Source: Octopus vulgaris
Lineage: Eukaryota
Direction of reading: 5' to 3'
DNA: 64,000 nt
NCBI GenBank assembly: GCA_951406725.2
Contig: OX597821.1
Location: forward strand, 52,824,001-52,888,000
Below the pieces are notes generated by a model. That model was given only the letters and a program-made list of their open reading frames with translations, searched no databases and was not told the DNA's origin. Position 1 is the first letter of the stretch, and every line of letters starts with the position of its first letter. Both the position numbers and the translations under genes were made by a program. Positions 13,849 through 27,978 of the stretch are shown piece after piece.

Positions 13849-14975
13849 GTTAAATTAAAGTAATCCCTCTGTATTGCGGGAACAGATCTGCTCATTATGT
13901 AGAGTGGTTCTCCATCTCAACGTCATACTCATTTGTCCTTTGTATTTGTGTTCACAACCCGAGCAAGTTACTCCATAAATTAGATTCTCAGAGACACAAA
14001 TGAAGCTGGTTTTTATTGTTAATCTCTCTCCTTGTTTGAAAAGAAAATCCGAGCCTTCAAGTAGATTGGGGCATGTTCCACAGTTTGGGCGTCTACATTT
14101 TTTAACCGTTGGTTTCGTGGTGGTTGTGTAATGCTTCGCCTTTGTCAGGAGTCTCTTTGTGTTGCTTTTAGCATTTGATGAATTTATGCCTTTTCAGGAT
14201 GTTGTTCATTTTTGGGTCTCTAGTTAGTAAAGGAAGATTGTACACAGTAGTTTTGTATGCCTGATTGTTTCTAGGGTTGTAAGTTGATATATACAGTAGT
14301 GTTTTGAGATGAAGTGTGGTGTTATGTTTTGTTGTCCTCAGTGTTTTTATGTCTAATTTTTTGGCACGCTTAATTCCATCGTCTATAAGTGAGAGTGGAT
14401 ACTGTCTTTCGGTTAGTGTTGTTCTGAGTACTTGGAGACGCGGGTCCCAAGTAGTTCTTATACACTATTGTGTAAATCATTTTTGCCAAATTGAAGGGAA
14501 TATTTATTTTGATTTTTTTCGTTTACATAAAGAAACATTATTCAACGAAAAATACAGAACACGTCTAAATATGCACACATAACCAGCTTTGATCTTTATA
14601 CATATTTTTATTCAGGATCAGCTACCTACCACTGTACATATTTCTCCACATTACTCTTGCTTTTGAATTTTTGTGTAAATATATATTCCCACCACCACCA
14701 CTGAAAGATGAACAACCATATCCCCTGCCCACAATAATAACAATCACCAATTGCCTCCTCTTAGATTTTTATACTTGTTGAATCATTCATTCATAAACTT
14801 CACGCACAAAGACAAGACAAACTAATTTTTCTAAATCAAATACGTAATTAAATTATTTTAATGCCATGATGAGCGACAGCTAAACCGGTCGACAAACACG
14901 ATATAAAATATATTTTGAAATATATTAAAACTATGTAAAATGTGTGCATTTTCCTTATTTAATTTCTTATGTATA
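13290..14975 (-). mobile_element. Penelope-like retroelement remnant: RT thumb/GIY-YIG endonuclease fragment with ~440-bp inverted terminal repeats
   Basis: Minus-strand 14515-13670 reads NIPFNLAK, RQYPLSLIDDGIKRAK, STYNPRN, KCRRPNCGTC, CVSENLIYGVTCSGCEHKYKGQ..MTLRWR..LH, ERLNEE...KYRTQLN. Segments 13290-13731 and 14520-14975 are diverged reverse complements of each other. Confidence 0.88.
13376..13408 (-). ncRNA. Minimal hammerhead-like motif in the Penelope terminal repeat (mirror copy at 14862-14894, +)
   Basis: TGTC ATGATTA GC-GAAA-GC GAAAC TG GTC GACA. The location in a Penelope terminal repeat agrees with the established association of minimal hammerheads with these elements. Confidence 0.6.
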
Positions 14976-16314
14976 TTTACATATGTGTGTGTGTGTTTGT
15001 ATGTGTGTACCCACATGACAGTTTCCTTTCATTTGCCATGCATCAATTCCACTCATAGGGCTTTGGTCGGCTCAACGCTTTAGTAGAAGACACGCGACCT
15101 AGGTTCTACGTACGAACTCAGAAACACAGGGGTAGGAAGCAGAGTTCTTGCTACACAACCACACCATCGCTTATGAACTAACTTCTAATCAAGATCTTTA
15201 TTCATTCAAATCCTACATTCTTTCCTGTGGTAGAGTAATATGGAAATGCAGTTCCCTTGTTATGTGAAGCCATCATAAAAAATATTAGAGTTGTAGTTTC
15301 AGTTTTACGAGAGGATTTTCAACTCAGAATTTCCTCGCTGGTAACAAAAGAATTGAGAATATATATATACATTTTGGAATGGAAGGATTTTAATTATATT
15401 ACATTGCGTGTATTCCAGCATTACGAAGGGACAAACATCGCTTACATTATTCAGATTAATAGTCTCAAAACGCTCACTCCAATTCAATTCGACATTTCAA
15501 GCATGTAGATAAAAAAAATGCATATATTCTCATTATGTTTTGTTTTAATATGAAGAAAGTATTCATCTAGAACATTCGATTCAATAATTTTTAAACATTG
15601 AAACTATGTAGATATGCTTCAATATTTCCCTTTTTTTTAAATTTCCATTTCAATATTTCATCCTCACTTTTATTTGTTTATCGCAGTGGTGACACCCGCG
15701 GGGTTATTGAAGAATATATCAAAGAAACACGAAAGTTGGAATTGCGTAACATACCTCTTAGAAACATGGAGATATGCTGGAAAACTGAAATAGCAAAAAT
15801 CGACAATAATTTGATGTTTCTTCTACTTTCAACAACTACTGATTGTTAACATCCCTTCCTCTATACATCAGCAAAAAATATTTAAGGATTGAATACACGT
15901 ATATATGCAGTATCTCGTGAATTCAAGGATATGTATCTTTAATATATATGTAATTCATGCATACATACATGATGGAAGATACGAGAATGTTTATTGATCA
16001 CTACAATTGTTTCGATGCCTCTAGCATCGATTCCTCACGGGTGGGAGAAGACATAACTGATCTAGGTTCATCCGTGAGTGTAGATGTGTCTGCTCAGGTG
16101 ATTACAAGATGTATCTCGTTGAAATAATGTGTTTTCCGCAAGATTCCTTCTGGGTGTGTGTATACAAAAGCAACACATTAAAGGATACAACTTCATTATT
16201 ATAGAAGATCAGTACTAGATATTAGACGCAAAAAGAAACAAATACACAATACAGCGAAGAAAGTATTAGATATAACAGTTAGTAGATATGGATGTATAAA
16301 CGCCGGCGCATATG

Positions 16315-16380
<66 letters not shown>

Positions 16381-16439
16381 TGTACACATACACACATACA
16401 TACATACATATATATGTATATATATACATATATATATAA

Positions 16440-16524
<85 letters not shown>

Positions 16525-16609
16525 AGTTTACGAAAAAACAAAAGACGAAGACAGGTGGTGTACAAAACAAACAGATATATTAGTATAACGCTCAGGAATA
16601 GAAAAAAGT

Positions 16610-16645
16610 CTTTTACGTTTCGAGCCTACGCTCTTCTACAGAAAG
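16610..16645 (-). ncRNA. Variant minimal hammerhead-like motif within a dispersed repeat (~16520-16718)
   Basis: CTTT CTGTAGA A GAGC-GTAG-GCTC GAAAC GTA AAAG. The second copy at 57677-57712 differs at only one position. Confidence 0.55.
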
Positions 16646-17554
16646 GGACACAGAAAAAGCAAGGAGAGAAACAAGGAGAGACAAAAATGTGTGTAGTGGC
16701 TAACGATCTATCATGGCGTATATATATGTTTATGCGTGTGTGTATGTGTAAATGTGTCTGTGACTGCACGTATGTGTGCATGGAAGTTTAGCGAGTTGCC
16801 GGAATCTAGAATGTATCGGATAAATTCTCTGTTAGTATTCGCTCTGATTCGGCATTCTGTGTTCAAGCACACCGAGATAAGCTTATCATTTCCTTCTGTC
16901 CTGGTTGATAAATAAGATACCAGTCCCATACTCGGGGTTCATTCCACCACTTTCTCAATGTGTCTTACACTTTTTCTCTCCGGAATAAATGGGCAGTATC
17001 CTCGGCCAAGAGAGTGGGATGGGCACTGTCATGTTTTAAAATAGCAATGCCTTGTTGCTTTTAACCACGTTGTTCCTACAACTCCATCAACATTAGGAAC
17101 TTTGTATATATTACATTAATATATATATATACGTACTTACATATATTTACATACACATATGTGTGTGTTTATGAGTATATGTGTACATATCTAAATGTGT
17201 TTGTCTATTTGTCTGTTTGATTGTTCTCATTGTCAGGACATGTATATTTGTTTTTGTAACACAGTTTACGTAATATATAGAAATCTACTTATCAAAAGAA
17301 ATTTTTTATCAACTGATCTTGTAAAGTATATTTTTTATTGATTTAGCTTAAAACTTATTTGCGTTGTTGCTAAAATATTAAAAATATGAATAAATCTCGG
17401 TCCTTATCCCTCAAATGTATTTGTCTCTAGGTTCATACAAACTACTTCAACAAATATGGTTACGTAATATGATTAATTCGTGACTTCATTAATGACCTCC
17501 TTGCCCTCTCTACTTTAACCTTAATTTGGCTAAATTTGTGTCAAGCGATGTTGT

Positions 17555-17940
17555 GGGGACAAACACATAAACATACACAAACATACACATACATATATAT
17601 ATATATATATATACGTCGGGATTCTTTCAGTTTCCGTCTACCAAGTCTTCTCACAAGGCTTTGGTAACCCCGAGGCTATAGTAGCAGACACTTACCCAAT
17701 GAGTCATGTAGTGGGACTGAACCTGGAACCATGCGGTTGATAAGCAAGGTACTTACCACACTGCCACTCCCGCGCCTATATATATATATGCGTTTACAAC
17801 CCCGTAACTTAGCGGTTAGGCAAAAGACACCGATAGAATAAATACTAGGCTTACGAAAATAAGTCCCGGAATTGATTTACTCGACTAAAGGCGGTACTCC
17901 AGCACGGCCGCAGTCAAATGATTGAAACAATTAAAAGAAT
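17555..17940. mobile_element. SINE family A halves in opposite orientations: 5' half on minus (17555-17777), 3' half on plus (17790-17940)
   Basis: Sequence identity with the corresponding halves of 54203-54617. The halves are separated by a short (TA)n. Confidence 0.75.
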
Positions 17941-17968
17941 AATATATCTATATATATATATATATATA

Positions 17969-18195
17969 GAGGCGCAATGGCCTAGTGGTTAGGACAGCGG
18001 ACTCGCGGTCGCAGGTTCGCGGTTTCAATTCTCAGACCGGGCGTTGTGTGTGTTTATTGAGCGAAAACACCTAAAAAAGCTCTACGAGGCTCCGGCAGGG
18101 GGTGGTGATCCCTGCTGTACTCTTTCACCACAATGGCGGTGCCCCAGCATGGCCACAGCTCAAGAGCTGAAACTGGAAAAACAAAAAAACAAACA
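17969..18195 (+). mobile_element. tRNA-derived SINE with a distinct head and the family A 3' tail
   Basis: AGGCGCAATGGCCTAGTGGTTAGG (A box), GGTTTCAATTCTC (B-box-like), and tail GGCGGTGCCCCAGCATGGCCACAG...CTGAAAC. Confidence 0.7.
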
Positions 18196-20096
18196 AAACA
18201 AATATGAAAACAATTGCAGATGGTCATTCGGAATATTGCCGGAATACCTTATGACGTATTAATAACTTGTTTCAATACAATTAGGTACAAAATCCCTAAT
18301 TTTCACTACAAAAGCACGTGAGCTTCCACAAGGTCGACGAGCAAATTTTCTTGACAAAAACCAATATTTTTTGATGTTATTTTTCATTAAAACATTTGAA
18401 CACATTTTCCATTCAAACTGATATTAGTGATTTACTTATATATTTTGTATTTATATATTCAGTCATACACGGGGTATTTTGCCGAAACGTTCTATATTTC
18501 ATATGAACATCATACTGTTTCATACACACTCACACGCATACACTTTTATGAAATAGGAAAAGAAATACTCAACTATTGTTTCCACTTCTTCATAGAGTTT
18601 ATTCAGTATATTCACTCCATTCGGTGATGGTTATCTTTATTTTTGTTACCAAGATATTTATTTAAATTTACATATATCTATGGAAAAACTAAATTTATTG
18701 GCGACACAAATATAATTCCATCACACAGTAATGGTTTTATTGTCTACAACATTAAGAGTTAGTAATATCGCTAGAATACTCAGTGGTATTCAGTTTGTGA
18801 GCCTTTACGTTTTGATTTCAAGTTCCACCAAAATCCATTTGATTTCAGTATTGTGTAGTCGATAAACGTAACTGTTAAACTGTTAAATTACTAGGATTGA
18901 CTTAATTTGCTGTACACTTTCCCCCAATCGGAAGCCTTAATCTATTTTAATATTATGAGTTTGACTAATGATAATTTGAAAAACACAATACATTACTGGT
19001 ACATGTTTTTGCATTGGAGGAGGAGGGTTGGCCCATGATCTTCTCGTAGTGCAGCCGAAATGTGTTAGAGTGAAATGGACTAACATATGAATATCTTCAC
19101 AAAAAGCACAGGGGGTCGCTCTTACTTTGCAAGGATCGTATAATGAACCATATATAACTTTTATTTGTTAAATAAATTATTAATTAATATGTTGACCGAT
19201 GTAAGGTGGCCAGCTTATCTTTATCCCTAGGTTCATACACTTTGATTTAATCAATGGAACAGACGCTATTATCAGCCATTTCCCTAATATAGAGAACGAT
19301 AGACTAGTAGAGGCGAAAAACCAAGACATGCTTGTAGACTGATGTATATACTATTTCGGGACAGCTGTCCATCAGTTTCTGAGATATGCAAATCCAATGT
19401 GGTATTACGATTGTGTGAAGAATCATCGTATGATTTATAATTCTTAACTGAGGGAAATACCAGAAAAATATCGTTGTTAAACATGATATAAAATATAAAT
19501 ATTGTTGTATATAATTTATTAAGAATTAGCATTCTCCATAATTTTATGATTTTTAAACGAAAGGAGTTTGTGCATATTGTACAGGAAGAGTAGCATTCAT
19601 ATTAATTGAAAAAGAGTAGAGTATAAAGACGGTGGAAATGGGATTTATATTAAAAGAGAAGTTTGCATTTCTATAGGAGCGGCCGGTAATTTTTTTTTTT
19701 AGTTTTATTGGCAGAGAGACCCGTCATTTTTTTTATTTAGTTTTTAACGCTTTGTAAGCAACTGGAGCAGCACTATGCATCAAAAAACGCATATGTAAGA
19801 AAAATATGAAAAACATTTCCCGAGGTCATCATCTTCATTTTTCACTTCTTGACTATAGATCTAAGAAGAGTTTCGTGTCATTGCATATCTCATTTTTGAG
19901 ATATGATAAATGACTTAAAACTCTTGGGGGTGTACACTATTGAATATCGGTTACGTGGACACATGCATTTAGTGAATCACATGCATGATCTCATCACACT
20001 CATAGAAGCACATACACATACATCCACATCTAAACACAAGCAAGCACACGCACATATATATACATATGTATGTATGTGTGTATGCGTGCGTTTATA

Positions 20097-20148
<52 letters not shown>

Positions 20149-20573
20149 CAGAATCATATACGTTAACACAAGCACGACGCCATGCATAGATAGACGTTAT
20201 AGTATAGGCATTCTACAGTTACATTTGTATCAACAAAGACTTTAAGCAACACTATAGTTCAGTAATTCGATATTTGCACATAGATTAAGGAATGGAAAGA
20301 ATGAATGCATAAATATATCGGAGACGAATGCTTTTAGCATCATACAGTTCGATAATTTTCAAAACGATACATTTGCTTTCAGCCATATTCAAAGAGATAT
20401 TTTGAAATCAGCCATACCGAAATCTCATCTGTTAAATGGAATCTAACATACACATGCCATGTAATCATTATCTGCTCAATCTGCAATGCACCTTTGATTT
20501 ACTACTTGTTAATTAGTTTATACATATATACATATATCAAGAAATATGTATGTCCATATGTACGTATGAGTAG

Positions 20574-20643
<70 letters not shown>

Positions 20644-21074
20644 ATGTGGATAGACAGATACACTGAATAGAAGATAGATAAATAAATATATAGATACATA
20701 AATTGATCGATTGATATAAATGTATATACAATAATGTTTGATATAATGCCAAGTTATACATAAGAACAATTTCAGGTTACACTGAAGGAATACTTTATAT
20801 TTTTTTGTAGAGTGCGTGATTATCAAGGAAAAGATTGAAGGTGACTTCAAAGTTTTTGCTCTCTCGCTCTGGTTATACATCTGTCTATATATACAACTCA
20901 TACATACACACGTATATTTTGCGATCTTCAAATCAATAAACAATCTGTATAGATTAATCATTAACGAAAAATCCGTGCTAAATCACTGCACGGCAATAAT
21001 CTGTAGCATATTCACACGGTAACATATATTGCAAACCAAATACATTCACTGATTCTGTTTTCCTGTCAGAAATA

Positions 21075-21555
21075 TTGATTTCAAGGTTAAGTACAAGGCT
21101 AGCAATTACATCCACCCTGGTGTTCAACTGTTAATCATTTTACTGACTACGAAAGCCTGAAATGAAAGTAGACCTTGGAGGAATTTGAAACCAGGATATA
21201 TAGACGGATGAAATTTCACTGAGCATTTTACCCGGCCTTCCCGCACGCCGTCCTCTCCAATCTGAAATATCGGTTTCAAATTTTTGCACTAGACCAGCAC
21301 TTTCGAGGCTGGTACTCAGCTGGTACTTATTTTATTGAACCCGAAAATATGAAAGGCAGAGTCGGCCTCGTAGGAATTTGAACCCAGAAAGTAAAAAGAC
21401 GGACGAAATGCCGCTAAGCGTTTTGTCAGGCGTGCTATGAATTCTACCATCTCACTGTCTTACTCTCCAATTTGAAATATTGTTTTCAAATTTTAGCACA
21501 AAGCCACCAAGTTCTTAGAAGGTAAGTCGATGACATCGAGCCCAGTGCTCAACTT
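21075..21555 (-). mobile_element. Tandem degenerate SINE family B copies
   Basis: Repeated GGAATTTGAA...GACGGA(T/C)GAAAT and CTCTCCAAT(C/T)TGAAATAT...TTTCAAATTTT units. Confidence 0.65.
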
Positions 21556-21684
21556 GTATATTTCTTCTCTCTAAAATTCTAAAGTCATTATGAATACAAT
21601 GAAGGACATCAAAATCACCTCATGTTTTGCACGGAAATTAGAGTACTAGTGAAGCTTGGCAGGTACAATAGAACTTTCATATCT

Positions 21685-22095
21685 TTTATCTTTTCATTTA
21701 CTTATTTCAGTCCTTCGACTGCGGCCATGCTAGAGCTCCATCTTCGAGAATTCTTAATCGAATGAATCAATCTCAATACTAATTTTTTGTTAAGATTCGA
21801 CCTAACTGTTAAGTTATGACGACATATAGACACCAACACGGGTTGTCATGCGGTGGTGTGGGAAAAACACTGATACAGACACACACACACACATATACAC
21901 ATAAAACATACACATATACACAGACATAACACACACACATATACATACGTACATATATATATATATATATTTCAGTTTTCTTCTATCACAACCACTCACA
22001 AGGCATTGGTCGGTCTGAGGCTATAGTAGAAGATATTTGCTCAAATTTCCATGCAGTGGGACTCGGCCCGAAACCATATGGTTTGGAACAAAGCT
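21685..22095 (-). mobile_element. SINE family A copy
   Basis: TTTCAGTC..GACTGCGGCCATGCT, CACTCACAAGGCATTGGTCGG, CTATAGTAGAAGA, GCAGTGGGACT shared with the other copies. Confidence 0.75.
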
Positions 22096-22499
22096 AATAG
22101 TTTTCAGTTAGTGTTGTAGGTTGTACGTGTGCACGCACGTACTTTTCCTCCCCAATTCTTTATCAAGGATGGTGAATGTTGCTTCCTCCTCCTTGATGCA
22201 CTTGCAGTGTGGATCCACAGCCGTTTTTTAACCTTCCCTTGTATTTCATACTTAGATTTGTTTATTCTAGCATATGAGAATGGGAGGAAAAAGTAGCGTT
22301 AATTGTGAAGGGAATCAAAATATTTCTACAACAATAGTAAAAATATAATTGTCATTTCATTAAAATCTTTATTACTGAAAAAAAGCTAAACTCTCTCTGT
22401 CTCTATCTATCTGTCACTCACTCGCTCACACACGCTCCCTTTCTCTCACACTCTTGCGCTCTCACACATACTTGCATGCACAGGTGCATATGTATATAT

Positions 22500-22595
<96 letters not shown>

Positions 22596-22757
22596 TTACA
22601 TATATATAAATATGTATACAACTTTATAGAAACAAACATATGTATATATAGAGAGACACTTATATAGAAACAAACATAATGCGTTTGTATTTATGTGTGT
22701 GTATCTATATATCTATAAACACATCCACAAAAACACATATGCGCATGTCTATATTTA

Positions 22758-22792
<35 letters not shown>

Positions 22793-23830
22793 GCATACAT
22801 GCATGCACACGTTGTATATACATGTGCTTATATATGAAAGAGTGTGTGCGGGCGCGTGCGTTCATTTAATAATGTAGTATTGAATACGATATGCGCAAAG
22901 AATTGTTAGATGTTAATTTGAATCTACATATCTATACAATTCTCTTCTGTTTATTGTTTGTGTCTGAATGTGTGTCTGTTGTGAGACCCTTTGTATACAA
23001 ACAAACAAACAGTCACAGATAGACAGACATATAGATAATTATTAGTTGGATAGATAGATAGATAGATAGATAGTTATGCCATTGAATAAACTTATTCATA
23101 AATCACGATACACATTACAACCTGTATATAAAGCCGAGTGTTGAACCGAAGCAAAATCTGTGTCATCTGTTCCACTTACTCGCACACACGAATTATTTTC
23201 CTTTCAATTTATCACTTAATTATTTTTTCCTATAATCGTCTGAGTTTTAAATCCTTCAGTAAAAAAAAACGTTAAACTTGAACGAGATTAGCTTGTTTTA
23301 CAAGCACTAAAGTGTTTGTCAAATAACTGTTTTACATACTTGATATCTATTTTTTGTTCATTTTGTTAAAAACAATGTGAAATTATACCATGTACATTTT
23401 TTTTCTAACACCAAAGAAAGCACTTAGTAATTTTATTTATTATATGAATGATGGTGCATAAAAAGTATATTAAATTAAATTGCTTGTAAAATTTTATATG
23501 AAGGGTGGGAAAAAGAAATTTGTTTTTTTATTCTTCCCTTGATATTAGAACATCAGTCACGTGCTGGTCCACACTAAATCAGCAGAAACATACTTCCGCA
23601 GGAAAGAAGTACGTATGACTCAGGCAGTTATAAAAAAAACGTAGAAAATATCTACAGGTGCCGGCGTTTTTTTTTTTTTTTTTTTTTTGCTTAGAAGCTC
23701 CTTTTGTTGCCACATGGTTTTGGGTTCAGTTCCACTGCACAGCACATGTCTTTTACTACAGACTCAGGCCAACTAATGACATGATGCCATGTTAATGAAT
23801 CTGATTGGCAGAAGTTGTAAGGAAAACCGT

Positions 23831-23872
<42 letters not shown>

Positions 23873-23877
23873 AGCTC

Positions 23878-23908
<31 letters not shown>

Positions 23909-23991
23909 TGAAGTAGATAAATGAATTATCTTATTACAGATAATTCAAATCATATATATATATATGTGTGTGTGTGTATGTGTGTGTGTGC

Positions 23992-24036
<45 letters not shown>

Positions 24037-24166
24037 TGCCTGACACACGACAAAGTGAAAATCTATGTTACAGTTTGTGAAGATGTTTTCAGCCATAATA
24101 AAAGCATATTACTTTACCTTCTGTAGTCAAGTACTATTCGTTTCCATCCTGTTTTGCATTTATGTC

Positions 24167-24226
<60 letters not shown>

Positions 24227-25492
24227 CGTGTGTGTGTGGGTGTTCGCGTTTCACATCATTCCCCACAAAAACCATGTTTGTTTGCGTTGGCATAACATAG
24301 TGGTTTAGTTAAACAGACCTATTAAATAACTACCAAGCTTTCAATAAATACAGGGTGAGATTTGTTCTACCAACACACTTCCAGCATTGTCGAAGACCAA
24401 CGATTAAAAGAAGTAAAAGTAGTAAGATATACTATGTTTGGGGTCATAATTTTAGATGCCTATGTACACACGAGCCAAGAGACACTCCCACGATACTTCC
24501 ACCTTTATGTCAGGAGACCTCCAAGAGTGTGACAACAGAGAAAGAGGCACCTCGTACTCGTTTTCAGCTGAGTAGAGGTGAACAACATGAAATGAAGTAG
24601 TTTACCTAAGGACGTAGCGCATCGTCCAGTCTATGAGTCGAACCCCTAATCTTATGATTCTGAAACCAACTCCCTAATTATTTGGTTGTGCCTTTTCACA
24701 TCATATTGTATGCTAGTAACACCATTAGTAGATATTATTGTTGTTTAGTGCCACACCATGCCTTGAATAGCATTGTGGAACAAAATTTATATTATATTTT
24801 TGTCTTTGGTCAGTAAGTGTTATTTTCTGTTTGCATTTATCTAGAAATCAAAATGAATGACTATCATTCTTTTGAAACTTTGCTTTTGTCGCCAGAACAT
24901 CAATGTTATGAACCTGACCTATTTTCCATTACATTTCAGATAGATTCAGCGCTGAATTGCTGAAGCAGAAATATCCTTATAGCAAATATTCTACTGAATA
25001 TCACAGATTTGCTTGTTGGTTGCTTGACTTTAACCACTTGAGCATGTCCCTTAATGGTTGACAATATGTGCATCTCTAAACATGATCAGGCGCAGTGGGA
25101 GAGCACGACAGTATTGTGTTGAGAGGGATTGCTTGGGGTTTGAATAAATGTAAAAAAAAGCAATGACTGAAAGAAATATTAGCCATTTTTCATACATTCT
25201 AGGGATAAGTATGTCTAAATTAACAGCTGCTACCCAAGAACTGTCGCCGAGCATTGATCAGGTGTGATATATTTGATACTATATCATGCAGTGTCGTGGG
25301 AGTCAAGTTATTGTTTGTATCAAAACGGCCGCAGTAGGTAAAATGACACACTCACGCGCGTGAGCGCACACAGACTAATTGACCCACCTACTGATCAAGT
25401 TACTCAAAATGCAACCAAACTTTTGTGCCGCAGATGTTACACTACTACTACTACGACGACGACGACGACGATGACGACGACGACGACGACTA

Positions 25493-25525
<33 letters not shown>

Positions 25526-27904
25526 ATATCTTTGTGATCATGTACCATCTCCATTTAGATCATCCCGGCTTACAGGTTACAATGTAACCTATGAATAACC
25601 ATTCTTTTTTCGAATTCCATCCCTACACGTTGTTTCTAATGTAGTGATCAACTTCCTCAAGACGATCAATGTCACTCGTTTTAGAGATGGTTATTAACCA
25701 CAGCATCTTCCTTCTGAAAAAGAAAAACATGTAGAAAAAAAGAATCGAGCACTTAGTAAGGCTCTCACATTGTCTTTTACTTAATCCAAGGCCGTTATTC
25801 ATTAGCCACACTTATCAAAAGAATACCATTCCTAGACATCTTATGAACTTGAACTATCAAAGATTACATTATCTAATACATTCCAACAATTTTATTTTCA
25901 AAATAAATGGCTTTTATATGACATTTCTGTTTGATCGATTGTACAAGCTTCAGCATCATGTTTAAAACCGTTTGATTTGTGCGGCGTCAAGTTTACAAAT
26001 GAATTCTCAAAGTGGTGTAATTCTAATATGCCTTAAGGGTTGATGACAATTTTCTAGATTTAAAAATTTGTAAATCTTAAGGGAAAAGTGAAACTGTAAA
26101 AATACCAAATATCAGAAAAGACTGCAGGCTTGAGAATAAAGAAAAATCAGTAAAATGAATATAAGCTTAATAAAAATAAAGACATGGATAAATGAGAATA
26201 ACAACAGCTACACCAACAATTATCATAGCTATGCTGCTGCTACAGCTGCTGCTGCAGATGTTGTTGATAATAATGATGATGACGACAGCGAAAGATAATG
26301 TGTTGGTGGTGGTACTGCTACTGTTGCTGCTGTTGCTTCTGATGATGATGATAACGATCATAATGAGGAGGAGAAGGAGGAGAATTTGAAAATTTTCTGA
26401 TAAAGCTAGCAAAACAAAAGTTCCCTAACTAGCCAATAGTGGAAAACAAAGTGATGAAGGTGAATGCAGGCAAAGTAAAAGCTCAAAGTTGGATGAGATG
26501 TATAGGACTCAAATAAGAGACTTAAGGCTTCTTGAATTTGGCTCACGACCAAAGCTTCCTCATCAACTGAAACAAACGCATAGACTGAAGTAGAATATAT
26601 TAACTTATATGTGAGTTGGACACAAGGAAGAAATAAGTAGTCACACAATCTATAGTTTCTCTGCATTATATAAGACAGAATATAGCAACATAGATTGAAA
26701 GTTATGAAATAGCAACACAATGTTATTTGTAGTCATTGATATCATAACTCTCTCTAATTTTCTCTCTCCCCCTCTTTCTCTTTTCATATGTACTGAATTT
26801 ATATGAAATTGTACTTGCGTGTGTGCAAGTAGTATTTTGATGAAAATAGGATTTAACAATCGTGGTAATAGCTTTCCAGGATTTAAGGATTTATTCTAAC
26901 CAAACGGCACTGAACATGTTTACATCGTTATACATTCTTGGAGGTACAGCAACAAAGTGATATTTATTCGTTCCAGGATATGTTTCCTGTGTTATTTAGG
27001 AACCATAGTTAAACCCTGCTGCATAGTGATCAACAACACACACACACATGCATTTGTGATTTTGTGTCAATCTGTCTTTGTGTGACTTTGAGTCTATGTT
27101 TGTCGCCCATCATCATAAAACAAACGTTGATGGTGTGATTACGCCCCGTGAATTAGCGGTTGGATAAAAAGACTGATAGAATAAGTACCACGCTTATAAT
27201 ATAACTCATAGGGTCGATTCGAGGCTAAAATATTCCAAGATGGTGCCCCAGCATTGATGAAGTCTGACGATTTAGAGAATTAAAAGAAAAGAGAAAAGAG
27301 AAAAGCTACCAAAAATTCAGGAGCATATTGTTTCTAACTTCCAAATTCTCTACTAACGTCGCCTAAAACTTTTACTATGTACTGATGAGATGATGGAGAT
27401 ATCCTTGCCAATGTCTGGTGCTGTTCAATGGAAAAACCTGCCCATTGCACACAATTTTATTTGCGTCAACAGTCTCAACATCAAAGATAATCTTTTTGAT
27501 CCAGAGTAAATTTGATTGAAGTCACACAATCTCTGAGTATCCTATCTTTCTTTATCTAACCTGTACTTCATTTTCTGAGATTATAAGATATGATTGTGCA
27601 GGAATTTTCAGCTAACTGGTCGGACAATCTCATTATCCGGTTCCCCTATATAATGAGACATGTGAAAATAAGTTTGACGTCTACAAATAACACAATTCTT
27701 CAGGTGTGGTTTCAAACAGATTTTCTTTGGTTGGGAAATTCCATACATTGACTAGTTGGCTATTTCTATTTCGAGAAAATGGCCGATATGGGCTATATTC
27801 TAGCTTTAAAGAACTAGATCAATTGCATTTTGTTCATTTGACATATTTAGTAGGAACATTTTCTTACATGCGATTCATATATGTATATATATATTTATGT
27901 ACAT

Positions 27905-27978
<74 letters not shown>

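Noticed and set aside
25440-25525. (ACT)(ACG)(GCT) compound repeat encoding poly-T/poly-A
   Set aside because: A simple trinucleotide repeat with no exon context.
25590-25714. Strong-looking acceptor TTTTTCTTTTTCAG on the minus strand
   Set aside because: The frame required by the phase-1 donor stops after a few codons, and no frame resembles the receptor.
26406-26569. Phase-compatible acceptor (GTTTGTTTCAG) with an open frame VDEEALVVSQIQEAL... as candidate exon 2
   Set aside because: The peptide has no resemblance to the ANF-receptor domain and there is no convincing donor.
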